From Penicillus capitatus (lineage: Eukaryota > Plantae > Chlorophyta): a stretch of 51,000 nucleotides of DNA. The notes beneath the pieces were generated by a model, which was not told the origin of the DNA, made no database searches, and worked only from the letters and a program-made list of their open reading frames with translations. The stretch's first letter is position 1. The number at the start of each line of letters is the position of its first letter. The stretch lies in assembly GCA_965649825.1 (NCBI GenBank), contig OZ287701.1, positions 1 to 51,000 on the forward strand, read 5' to 3'. Made by a program: the position numbers and the translations under genes. Shown piece by piece: positions 1-11,094 of this stretch.

Positions 1-1373
1 ACGTCTTCCAGCATCTTGAGTTTGTTGTGCCACAAAGGGGCCGCCGTCTCGCCGAGATCCCAGGCACGAACCTTCTTCATCGCATGAAACATCAGGTCAC
101 GGGATAGGATGTATCCCCATCCAGCTGCGTACAAGGTCCCATTGATCTCGGCTGCTGCATCCTCGTTGAAGTATTCGTAACTGAAATACCATTTCGACTG
201 CGGATCTCGAAAGACTTTGAATCCGCTTTCACTCTCTACCCGGCCCCTATATACCTGCTTCATGAATAGCTTCTCTTCATGTACGCCGAGAGTGTCGAGC
301 ACCCGATGCACGCGGACATACGTATCGTCATCTGTCTTGAGAACGTGCGTGTATCGTCGAGGGGACGACAGCGCGTATTTCAGCAAGCCCAGTGTTTTGT
401 TCGACAGGTTGTCGTACGAATCGTCTCCGCGTACGACGAAGACGTCGTCGTGTTCCCTGATCTCTGCCTCCAGTTTCTGCATCGACAGGTCAGTGCAGTT
501 CTCTTGAACACAAGGAGGGATTAGAGGTGCGACTTGTTATCCGAGGGATGTCTCACTTGGCTGACCGACGAAGAATCGCACGTCGACGTTGTCGTACATG
601 TTCAAGGCGTCCTGCATCCATGTCTTGCGAATGCCGTCTCTCCTCCGCCGACTGAGCTCGCTGCAGGCAGCTGTCGTCACCCCGATGAACAGGCGTATGT
701 CAAATCCCTCGGGAAAGCTACTCGTCTCTGGGAGCACACGGAAGTCACGTCCCATGCTCCGAGATGGGTCAGAGCTCGCTCGCTCGCTCCTCACCTTCTT
801 CTTCGGATTCTTCGAGAAGACGGTAGTCTATTTCCTCTTCGGCCGACAAGGGACGATCGCGACGCAGTGCGTCCGAGAACGCCACTCTGTTGCCTGCAGA
901 AACAACTCTCTTGCCCACACGATCTGAATGACGGATGTCGCACCGGAGACTGCATAGTCGACGGTCGCTTCATCTTCGATACCAGTCGCACCGAGGACAC
1001 GAAGACGGTCAACAGCACTGTCATCATCTGCAGAGTACTCCATTCGGTGATGTGCTGTTACAACGAGAAAGTAAATCGCACTTCTGTTCATCTGATAGGG
1101 GTCTGAGTAAATCTTCTGAGACCGTGGTGCTCGTGGGATAGTGTTTTCGCAGAGAGTCATCCTCGGGTACAGGAGAGAATTCAACTCTACCACGTGCTAC
1201 AACGATACACCCATCCCATGCCTTGTTAGCACGGAGCGCGATAAAACTTGTTGCCAAACGGACAATGTCATCATGACGCAGCCCATAGAAAAGAACATCA
1301 ATGACAGCGCGAGGACAACTTCTGGTCGAAGTCTGAAGAATGCACTCGGCCATACAAATGCCCGCTGCTTCAT
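1..1373 (-). CDS. GT31 family beta-1,3-galactosyltransferase-like protein, copy 1 (3' part runs off the window start; spliced)
   Basis: ATG at 1373, N-terminal TM anchor (VVLALSLMFFSMGCVMMTLSVW), intron 1197-1247 (GT..CTAAC..TAG). Later exons encode IRLFIGVTT, RRDGIRKTW, KTDDDTYV (DxD motif) and YAAGWGYILSRDL, typical of GT31. Confidence 0.85.
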
Positions 1374-2096
1374 TGCTTGTCGCAGACCTGCAGACCACGG
1401 CAACGTATTGATTTGTGAGGTCACGCGATAACGTCCAACCCGAGCGGGTGGGAGATTCGTTGCTAGAACACGTCGACTCTGTTTACAATCTGTCGATAAG
1501 GTATTCTTCTTGCGCCGGAGGGGCAAAAGGAAGTCCCTATTTTTCGATTCGCTTATTGCAGCTAGACGGTAACGAATGGTTAAGTAGTACGTGACTCTCA
1601 GATGGAATGAAAGGCGAACGACAACAGCAATGCCTTTTTGGTAGCACACAAAACAATGAATTTTAAGACGGAATATCGGTAAAACGCATTTGGGAACCGT
1701 TAGTCCCGGAATGTGGAAAATGATTGATGCGAGTACACATGACATCTAAAGAACCCACACGAAGGTTTTCATTAACAGATCTGTTTCAAAAAATCAGTCG
1801 TCAAGCGTCCAGGGTCACGATTGTACGATCAGTGAATCTAGTTTCTCATCTCCGTACACCAAAACTGTCATGACTTAAAACCTCACGCTCTTATTGATGC
1901 TCTCTAGCTAGAATTTTGTTATCAAGCAACTAAAAATTAGCGTAATTGACGACCGATTCAATAACGAAGTCCCTTCTTCGGAACCTTCCTTTCATATGCT
2001 CAAGCAAAACCTGAGCAGCGCAGCCTCACATACTTGGTTTATGTCTACGAGAATTCCAATTTGAACTGACGTCAGAAAATAGTGGTTGAAACTAAA

Positions 2097-3806
2097 TCAG
2101 ATTCGCTGATCTTTAGAGACTTGCGAGTTATGCCAGCTAAGCCAGGCACCGTAATCATAAAAATCAAAAAGACCAGAGGTGCAAACGATGTCTTTCAGTC
2201 CCCACAACCCGTTCAGCTCTTGAGCATGCAATCCATGAAGGAGTCGGGGAGAATCGACATCCAGATGGACGACCTGCAAAGCATCGTACGCACTGAGCAA
2301 ACAATCCTGCTAACGACCATGGATACCTACCGCTGTTCTCGAAGGGCAGCCTTGCCAGGGTGCTCTGAATTCTCCGTCCGATGTTGGTCTGTCAACAACG
2401 TCGGACACCAGTGCACCGATCATCACGTCTTCCGGCATGTTGAGTTTGTTGTGCCACAGCGGGGCCGCCGTCTCGCCGAGATCCCATGCACGAACCTTCT
2501 TCATCGCATGAAACATTAGGTCGCGGGATAGGATGTATCCCCATCCTGCTGCGTACAAGGTGCCAACGATCTCAGCTGCTGCATCCTCGTTGAAGTACTC
2601 GTAGCTGAAATACCATTTCGACTGCGGATCTCGAAAGACTTTGAATCCGCTTTCACTCTCTACCCGGCCCCTATATACCTGCTTCATGAATAGCTTCTCT
2701 TCATGTACGCCGAGAGTGTCGAGCACCCGATGCACGCGGACATACGTATCGTCATCTGTCTTGAGAACGTGCGTGTATCGTCGAGGGGACGACAGCGCGT
2801 ATTTCAGCAAGCCCAGTGTTTTGTTCGACAGGTTGTCGTACGAATCGTCTCCGCGTACGACGGAGACGTCGTCGTGTTCCCTGATCTCTGCCTCCAGTTT
2901 CTGCATCGACAGGTCAGTGCAGTTCTCTTGAACACAAGGAGGGATTAGAGGTGCGACTTGTTATCCGAGGGATGTCTCACTTGGCTGACCGACGAAGAAT
3001 CGCACGTCGACGTTGTCGTACATGTTCAAGGCGTCCTGCATCCATGTCTTGCGAATGCCGTCTCTCCTCCGCCGACTGAGCTCGCTGCAGGCAGCTGTCG
3101 TCACCCCGATGAACAGGCGTATGTCAAATCCCTCGGGAAAGCTACTCGTCTCTGGGAGCACACGGAAGTCACGTCCCATGCTCCGAGATGGGTCAGAGCT
3201 CGCTCGCTCGCTCCTCACCTTCTTCTTCGGATTCTTCGAGAAGACGGTAGTCTATTTCCTCTTCGGCCGACAAGGGACGATCGCGACGCAGTGCGTCCGA
3301 GAACGCCACTCTGTTGCCTGCAGAAACAACTCTCTTGCCCACACGATCTGAATGACGGATGTCGCACCGGAGACTGCATAGTCGACGGTCGCTTCATCTT
3401 CGATACCAGTCGCACCGAGGACACGAAGACGGTCAACAGCACTGTCATCATCTGCAGAGTACTCCATTCCGTGATGTGCTGTTACAACGAGAAAGTAATT
3501 CGCACTTCTGTTCATCTGATAGGGGTCTGAGTAAATCTTCTGAGTCCGTGGTGCTCGTGGGATAGTGTTTTTGGATAAAACCATTTTTGGATCGAAAAGA
3601 GAGGTGTTCTCGACTATCTGCTACAGTATATATATAACATGCTGCATTGACTTAGATGACGGCGTGACCTGCGTCGAGACCTGCTGCCAAACGGACAATG
3701 TCATCATGAAGCAGCCCATAGAAAAGAACATCAACGACAGCGCGAGGACAACTTCCTGTCGAATTCCGAAGAATGCACCTGGCCATACAAACGCCCGTTG
3801 CCTCAT
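2097..3806 (-). CDS. GT31 family beta-1,3-galactosyltransferase-like protein, copy 2 (complete; about 6 exons)
   Basis: ATG at 3806, TM anchor, intron 3621-3680, same GT31 motifs (KTDDDTYVRV, GWGYILSRDL, PEDVMIG). Last exon VVHLDVD...KDQRI ends at TGA 2097. Confidence 0.88.
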
Positions 3807-4229
3807 TGCTTGTCGCAGACCTGCAGACCACGGCAAGTATTGATTTGTGAAGTCACGCGATAACGTCCAACCCGAGCGGTGGGAGATTCGCTGCTAGAAC
3901 ACGTCGTCTGACTATCTGTTTACAATCTGTCGATAAGGTATTCTTCTTGCGCCGGAGGTGCAAACCAAAGTCCCTATTGTGTCATTCACTTATTGTGTCT
4001 AGGCGGCAACGAATGATTGATGGATACGCGAGATCGGAAGGATGGAAAGGTGAACAATGATAGTGACTACCCGCGACTTTGGGATACTTGAGCCAGTGGA
4101 TCATTCACACGGATTTCCGACGGATCGTCGGTTATTCCATTTCGCGTCGCGTCAACGTTTCTCAGGCATTACAGTGAGGTGCGACAGTGGCACTATGCGT
4201 TCACGATTAAAGCACTGGTCAATCTTTGC

Positions 4230-5973
4230 CTCTGTGACTCCATGGAATCAAATCGGGAATCTATTGCTGGCTACCACGAAAAGCGAATGTTATCGTCTTT
4301 CTGTGCCACTGCACTTCGCTGTAGGGGACCTTTTTCTTATTCAATGATTTGGCGAAGGAATATGGTATTGTAATGATCGGGCTTTCATGTGAAAGCGAAG
4401 CGGTAATGATGCTTCTCATAAATTGTGCTTCTATCCAATTGCACGGGCTAGACGAACCCACACACACAACGTTTTACTCCTCTCTCCTTATCCGATAATC
4501 AACTTCTTTAGTCAGTATAGATTGCATGTTGCAAATGACAACGATCGTAGTCGTTTTCAAAGACAACGGCTGCGGTTACTTGTAACAGGTAAAGGTTGTA
4601 GAATGAATTCTATAAGCGCGAATCTGTCCGTCTGCAAATTCTGATCGATGATTTCAATTAGATGATTGTGGTGGTTTCCTGATTCGAGACGACATCCTGA
4701 CAAGGAAGAGTACTCAAGACAATGAGATGAAATCTGATCCATTCAATATCTCTCATATCCGCAAGCTCTCAGACTTAGGGATGCTCGAAATCTGCTGCGG
4801 ACGTCGTCACGTAGCCTGCCTCTATATATATGAACGTTTCATTTTCATGAGTGAATTGATGCTAAGATGAAAGGGAAGTAGCCGCCTTGTTCTAGCACCT
4901 TGCCCACAATGCAAACAGAAATGCCCCCGATCTCGACAGTACGAAAGGTCTATCCCAGAGATCAGCAACAAGACAGTCGAGTTCGTCATTTCTGGCATGG
5001 AGCATACCTCATCTCAAGTCTACTGTTTTCCTGCACTCGAGTTAGGAAAGATTTCATACAGCAAGCCATGCTTGATGGTCTCTATATGAGTATTGGATGT
5101 TCTCCATTCTTGGCCATTCGGGAGATCTGATCAGGGATGATGCCCCCATCCGTGCACATAGATTGCAGGAGGCCTCTTCATGGTGCTTTAACGAAAGGAG
5201 AGATGGAACACAGGGATGAATGCAGTTCTGGACACTTGCCGAAAATGACTGATGTTCCTCTCGTGTTCGTTGAACTCGAGAAGAAAGTGCCAAAACCGTA
5301 GCGTCGTCCCTTTTTAACAAGACGTCGCTAACTGGTCTTGTGTCACTCTCCTGTCGTAGAACAACTGCAGACCAGATGATTACAAATATGAGTGAATCAT
5401 CGATGCAACAATATTCTTCCATGCTGCTGGATGAGACCGTGCGTGAAATCTTAAAGCCAATGCGTGTCCACCAAAAGCGATAGGACCGCTATGACATATG
5501 TCCTGCAGTTCCATATTGACACCCAAGATACATCTGTCGATGGATGAAAACAATTGATTCTGTTGTCGCGGAACGAGGAGGATGGTCGTGCTTTTCATAT
5601 GCCAGTGCGGAGAGAGACGTGACACAGTCAGTCGGTTGATTGAAGACCACGCATATCCGATATTTCGTCGAATGTCAAAGGGACCGGGTTGAAGGATGCT
5701 GTATTGCTCGATGACATAGCTAGCAATCGTACATCCTCTCATTTCAGGGATGCGAAACATGTTCCACACATGACAAGGAAGACTTCTGCAGATTCTGTCA
5801 AATCCTCCAATGGGGACGTTGTTTGGCATATGGCCACACAAGTCCCCCTTGAACGACCATTCAAAACCTTTGCATTTGCTGTTGATTGCCTTCTCTGTTG
5901 GCTTTCGATAAGTGTTGTGACGGAAATCGTGGCATCATCTCCAAATCGCATTCCACTGGATCCTCCTAGTTAA
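4230..5973 (+). CDS. Hypothetical multi-exon protein, unknown function (boundaries approximate)
   Basis: Phase-compatible exon pieces (…RLRLLVT G|gtaaag…ttag|DDCGGFLIRDDIL…GMLEICCG…; …MLLDETVREILKP; last exon …KDAVLLDDIAS…PLDPPS* at 5973). The stop lies 26 nt from the convergent CDK stop, like other genuine pairs here. No family recognised. Confidence 0.35.
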
Positions 5974-5999
5974 ACACACAACGACTTCAGACGACTTCA

Positions 6000-7195
6000 T
6001 CACTGCCAAACATGCTTGCTCACTGCGAAAAAAGAATGCTGCAATGCATGTTTGGCAGTGATCCGTTCACATGGATCATAGCAGAGCATTTGAGTTAGGA
6101 GATCTAGTCCTAGATGAGAACATTGGACATCATCATGGATCGAAGCAGAACGGAAGTGTGGTAGAATGATCTTCTGTGCGTGAGGCAGATCGTTGTATCC
6201 CTTCAAACAAGACCATCGGCCTCTTGAGGAATCCACAATTCAAATGGAGAACACCTTCCAAACAGCTTCCGATGGTGTTCCCAGAATCTCACACATCAGC
6301 TTCAAACACTCGATTTCTGTATCCCCAGGAAAGAGAGGCTTTCCACTGAGAAGCTCTCCAAGAATACAACCGATGGCCCAGATATCCAAACTGGAATCGT
6401 ACATATCACTGCCCATGAGTAACTCAGGTGGACGGTACCACAGTGTCGCCACCTACCAAGAAATCGTTCGTCATCGTACAACAGAGGACAAGCATCTTCC
6501 GTTCACACACCGTGGGAGAGAGCTGTCCCTTCTGATAAGGAACATGTCTTGCCAATCCAAAATCACACAGTTTGACTTGTCCATTGTTATTGTAGAGCAG
6601 ATTGGACAGCTTGATGTCGCGATGAATGATAGATCGATCATGGAGATAGGCCAGTCCCATCAGCAACTGCAACAGAAAGATGTCCACTGAACTCCCATCC
6701 CATACCATCCCATACCTGTCTCAGAATGCATTTGATTTGAGCGACTGTGAATGTCCGATAGTTGCCGGAAGACATCAGGAGCTTCGAGAAATCGTGATCG
6801 CAATATTCGAAGACGAGGAAGACACTCAAGCACCACACACCGCACATTCAAAAAATCTGCCTTGATGCGCATGGCACTCACCTATCCAGTACAGAACCTG
6901 TAACCACTTCGATGAGTTTCACGATGTTTGGGTGGTCCAATAACTTCAGCAGCTTCAATTCGCGAAGACAGGTCACTGGGAATCCATCTTTTTCCACATC
7001 CATACGAATGCGCTTCAATGCCACCACTTTCCCTAGACACCCTCACTGCTGTATGGATTCCATCTCTATACGTCATGACTGACCCGTGTGTCGGTTCCTG
7101 GCTTTGTAGACGATTCCATAAGTGCCTTCTCCGATCCGACAGATCTTCTCATACTGCGTCACAGTTCTGGCGACCGGCAGAATAGTATTCATCAT
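6000..7195 (-). CDS. CDK10: Cyclin-dependent kinase, CDK10/CDK11-like (spliced)
   Basis: Spliced translation [32 protein letters not shown]…[26 protein letters not shown]…[11 protein letters not shown]…[12 protein letters not shown]…KLCDFGLAR…[12 protein letters not shown]; the motif arrangement matches CDK10 (PISSLRE class). Confidence 0.85.
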
Positions 7196-7524
7196 CAATC
7201 ATCATCCATTTCATCTCCTCGCCATCCATCGATTTGCATTGAACGCATCTTTGAATCGCAGTTTACGTGTTCTTTTTTCAGTGGAAGTCTTTTTCTCCAA
7301 CGACAAAGCGAAAATCGGCGTCGCTTTGCATTTCGCTGAACTGAGTGCAGAGAAAACGGACCACGACGTTGATAATCGCCTTCCAGGTAAGCACGTTGAA
7401 ACCTCAGACACATGACTTTGGCTGAACCTCGTACCTCTACACGACGAAAAGGGAGACACGTGAAAACCGCGTCACTCGACTTTGGACTGCCAAATGCGCT
7501 GCGGATGAGCGTTCTGTACTTCAG

Positions 7525-10500
7525 ATGTGGAAACGCCCACCAAACCGTCTCTTCGAGTTTTTCGTATCTGCGGCGCCTATGCGTGGCAACTCGACCCCTC
7601 TGTTTGAGGGACGTTGTTTTCTGCGGTTTCCCGTCTCTATGGCCTCTTCACGTTCGTTTTTGTGGTTGCCGCCATTCATCCTCAAACGCGAAAGGATGAC
7701 GGGCAGCGTGGCTCGAATGTCTGTTTGCTGTGTAGATTGGCTATTCGAGGAATGCACCGCGCCATGTCGAGCAGGCCTTTATGTACATCTGACGGAGATC
7801 CACCTCCACCCAGCAGATGCAAACATCTGCACGAACCTGGCATTGCCAAAGTCCGAAGGACACGCAAAGCACCGGACTTCTACTCACCTGAAGTGCGCAC
7901 ACTGCCTGTGACGCAGCTGGAGTTGTCTGTGACCTCATTGTCTCTGCTCAGAATGCATCGAAAAGTTGTGCGAGGCCAAAGAAATCTGTTTCGGATGATA
8001 ACGACAGTTGGAAGCCGGAATCTGAAACAGATGAAGTCAATTCTGAATCCGACGCAGAGAGATCCGATGGAAGACGTGAGACGGCTATTGACTTCTGATG
8101 TAAAGAGACAGACATGCTGATGGTGAATCTAGGTGAGAAATTGGGAACGCGACGGAGAATGCTTTCTCGAAAGTCCCCCCGCCACGATGAAGAACACGCA
8201 GAGATGGAAACGGATGAACAATCATTACCCCCTGAGCAGCATGGAGAGACCGGCGAAAAGGCAGCTGTCACATCAGACACAGATGCCGAAGAGAAATCTG
8301 CCAAAGAGAAGAAAAGGGATGGGAAGAACCACAAAGAAAAAAGAGTGAAGGGATGCAGAGAACTGCAAGACCTACTCGACGGAGTACGTCGATCCCTTTC
8401 CTATCACTGCGTGTATTGATATGTCTGATGGTTGGATGCAGTGCGTTCAAGTGCACAAAGAATCGAGAACGCGTAGATTGGCCCCCAGACGAGAACATAG
8501 TCGAACCCTGCAGACAAAGTAAGCATGTCTGCATGTGAGGAGAGGGTGATGGTGGAGTGCTGCAGCGGTCATAGTGATACAAGCTGGTCTAATGGCTCCT
8601 CGAGGGCGGCGACAGACAAAGACAGTGGAAATCACCACCGCCAGCATTTGCAGAATTCTAGCAAGCAGCAATCTTCCTTGAACACATCTTCTGCTCAAGA
8701 TGTGCAAAGAACAGTGGATTCAAGCATGGAAGTATGCTGTGCCTTGATCTGTCCCATCACGCATAAGGCATTGTCTGACAGAATCCAACGATGGCAGAGA
8801 TCTCCGAAACGATGGAAGATGATTCTAGGCCATTCGTTGCGACGAGAAGATCCACACACTATGGGAGAAACAATTTGACTGCAACCTGTACAAGAAAGAG
8901 TAAGACAACGACAGCAGAGACTGTTTCAGACAGCAGTGTTCGTGTGAAACGTCAACGCGTCGATATGGATACATCTCAAACGAGAAAGATGACAAAAGGA
9001 GTGGAAAATGGAGCAAACGGTGCAAAGGCCTCCATGAGAGATACCAGCAACAAAGGCGATGGTCCCCCAACAATCAAACTGCCACGTATGCCAATGATCA
9101 GATATGGGGAATACTGGTATCGGGCAAGGATCAAACAGGAGAATCAAGAATTCGTATTCGTAGAATTCACAGGCACGCCTTATTCCTGTCTCTATGTCCA
9201 ATCTAAAAAACTGCCCGATCGCTTCAGGGTTTGAAGATGGGAGTATCAAACCATTCTGGATACGCAAGGACTCTGTGGATGTTTTTAAGGGATCATACAG
9301 TGGTAAAGACTGGAAACATGTGGGCGAAGGAGCATGGGAACCGAAACCAAGGAAAGTCAATTCGAAGAAGCAGAACAGTCGAGGGAGACGACGAGGCAAA
9401 CAACGCAGTGGCCTCTCCAAAACGGCAGACACGCATGATCAAAGCAAAGCCTCACAAGAGTACACGGGTGATTCAGAGGTGTGATGCACACACATACCAA
9501 CCACATTGCCTGTCCTCTGACGGCTCTGTTTGCTGCCAGAAGTGTTCAAATCCAGCATCTGGCGCCGCAAGCGGCAGCGGAGAGCGTCTCTATTACCACA
9601 AGACATTTGGAGAAACGCAGGGGTGTGGACGCCTTGAGAAGATGCCATCGACCGATTCAGTGGCTCGTATTGATCATCCAATACAAGAAGAGAAGGACAT
9701 GGACTGTGGCAGTCAGAGTGATGTCCCTGTAAAGGACAGGAGATCAGATGATTCGTTTCCGAACACATCAGCCGTGACAGCGCAACAGCGGACATCTGTT
9801 GTCGATGCAGCACAGGAGAAGTGCAAATCCGATGGACGTTCTGATTTTGCAGCGAAACCAGTATCCGGCGGCTCGCCCTTCTCGAGAAATGCCGGAACCA
9901 GTGGAGGCTCGTCTCAATTGGAAGATATGTTGAATAGAGACGGGAAGAAAAATCCACGCCACGTTGCAGAGAATAACAGAAGAGAGAATTCGAGTTCCGG
10001 AGGTAGGCACTCCATCTCTGCTGCTCTCGCACGAGCGAAGGCAACAGAGAGATGTGGAACGTGCAGGGAATGAACAGAGCGAAGGACGAATGCCCACTCG
10101 ACTGAGACGGAAATCAAGCAAAGTGTCATTGGAGAGACAGCAGCAGGAAGAAGACAGAACGCTCATTGACAAGAGACCCAAACCTTTACGCCGAAGCCGG
10201 CGGCTGTGTCCCAAAGGACCTTGGGGACGATTCAAGGATGAGTCAAGTTCCGAAGCAGAAGACAACGACGATGGCCTCAATACTCCGGCCTCTCGGCGAA
10301 ATGAGAACACAATATCGAGCGGTGCAGCAATGTCCAAGTACTTGACTCGATCCTCTCGGCAGACAGACGGCTCCGGCAGACGGAACAGTGGCAGCCTCTT
10401 GACAGCTTCGCAGCCACTGCCACGGTCCGCCCAGGTTCAGAAACCGACACATCGGTCCATCTTCCATCCTGCCAAGAGAGGGAGGAAAACGATCATGAGA

Positions 10501-10953
10501 AGAGATGAGATCAAGGACGAGTACTATGAAGATAAATACGATGAGGTGTTTGAGAATGAAGATCTTCGAACCGGGTACCGTTCTCCTCGAAATCGACTGG
10601 AAGCCATCGTCTCGCGTCGACGATTGGAAAAGACTCTGCCTGTGGTGGAGAGCAGCGATGGAGCCGCCGTTTGGAATCTGGGCGTCAATGTTTTCTCGCA
10701 GATTCGGAAATACTTACCGTACTACTGCAACCACATTGCCGATGCGCGTCTATCTGCCTTTGTGGAACTGATGGAACGTCTGGATGGGGTGCGACTGAGA
10801 AATCAAGCACCAAGCACAAGTCTGAAGCCGTCTTCAGAGATTCCTCCTTCAAAAGATCCTGTCCCCATCTCCTCTCTTGCCTTGCCGGCGGAAGTGGTAT
10901 CTGACAAGACACTTGGATTGCCATCTCTCATCGATCGAGAGAAGCTGTCATGA
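7525..10953 (+). CDS. Large, mostly disordered S/E/K/R-rich nuclear-type protein with a Tudor/Agenet-like module (start uncertain; multi-exon)
   Basis: Chain of + strand exons with GT-AG joints. Folded segment IRYGEYWYRARIKQENQEFVFVEFTG|FEDGSIKPFWIRKDSVDVFKGSYSGKDWKHVGEGAWEP (about 9100-9345). Long last exon ends at TGA 10953; TGTAA at 11066. Confidence 0.6.
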
Positions 10954-11094
10954 GCGGCCTTGCATCTGGGTGTTTTTGTGTTCTGCTTTTCCTTTTGCTC
11001 TCCTTTTTGAAGCATTAAATGCTTTGAACACTTCGAATGATTTCTGTTCGAATAAAACTTCGCCCTGTAAACGGACTTTAATGGATATATCTGT

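Larger units (their letters stand above)
1..4055. repeat. Tandem duplication: unit 1-~1620 repeated at 2425-~4055 (offset 2424, rising to 2433 after the first intron)
   Basis: Direct comparison by eye: near-identical over 181-1140 vs 2605-3564, with homology extending into about 250 nt of upstream sequence. Confidence 0.95.

Noticed and set aside
534-1106. 190-aa plus-strand ORF conserved in both repeat copies (also 2958-3530)
   Set aside because: Antisense shadow of the GT31 gene; conservation simply reflects near-identical DNA.
828-1199. In-frame TAG codons between ORFs (828, 1197, 3621, 41721) suggesting the TAR=Gln code of some ulvophytes
   Set aside because: Those at 1197 and 3621 are intron 3' ends; 828 is off-frame once introns are removed; 41721 lies in a frame not needed by the gene model. 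The Gln-rich 1032-codon ORF and aspartate kinase have no internal TAR, so the code is standard.
4116-4130. CCGACG-GAT-CGTCGG hairpin
   Set aside because: A 6-bp stem is expected by chance in 51 kb; no associated structure.
9439-10337. Minus-strand ORFs of 189-201 aa; similar ones at 11547-12095, 44503-44928 and 48942-49514
   Set aside because: They lie opposite well-supported genes and show no motifs.
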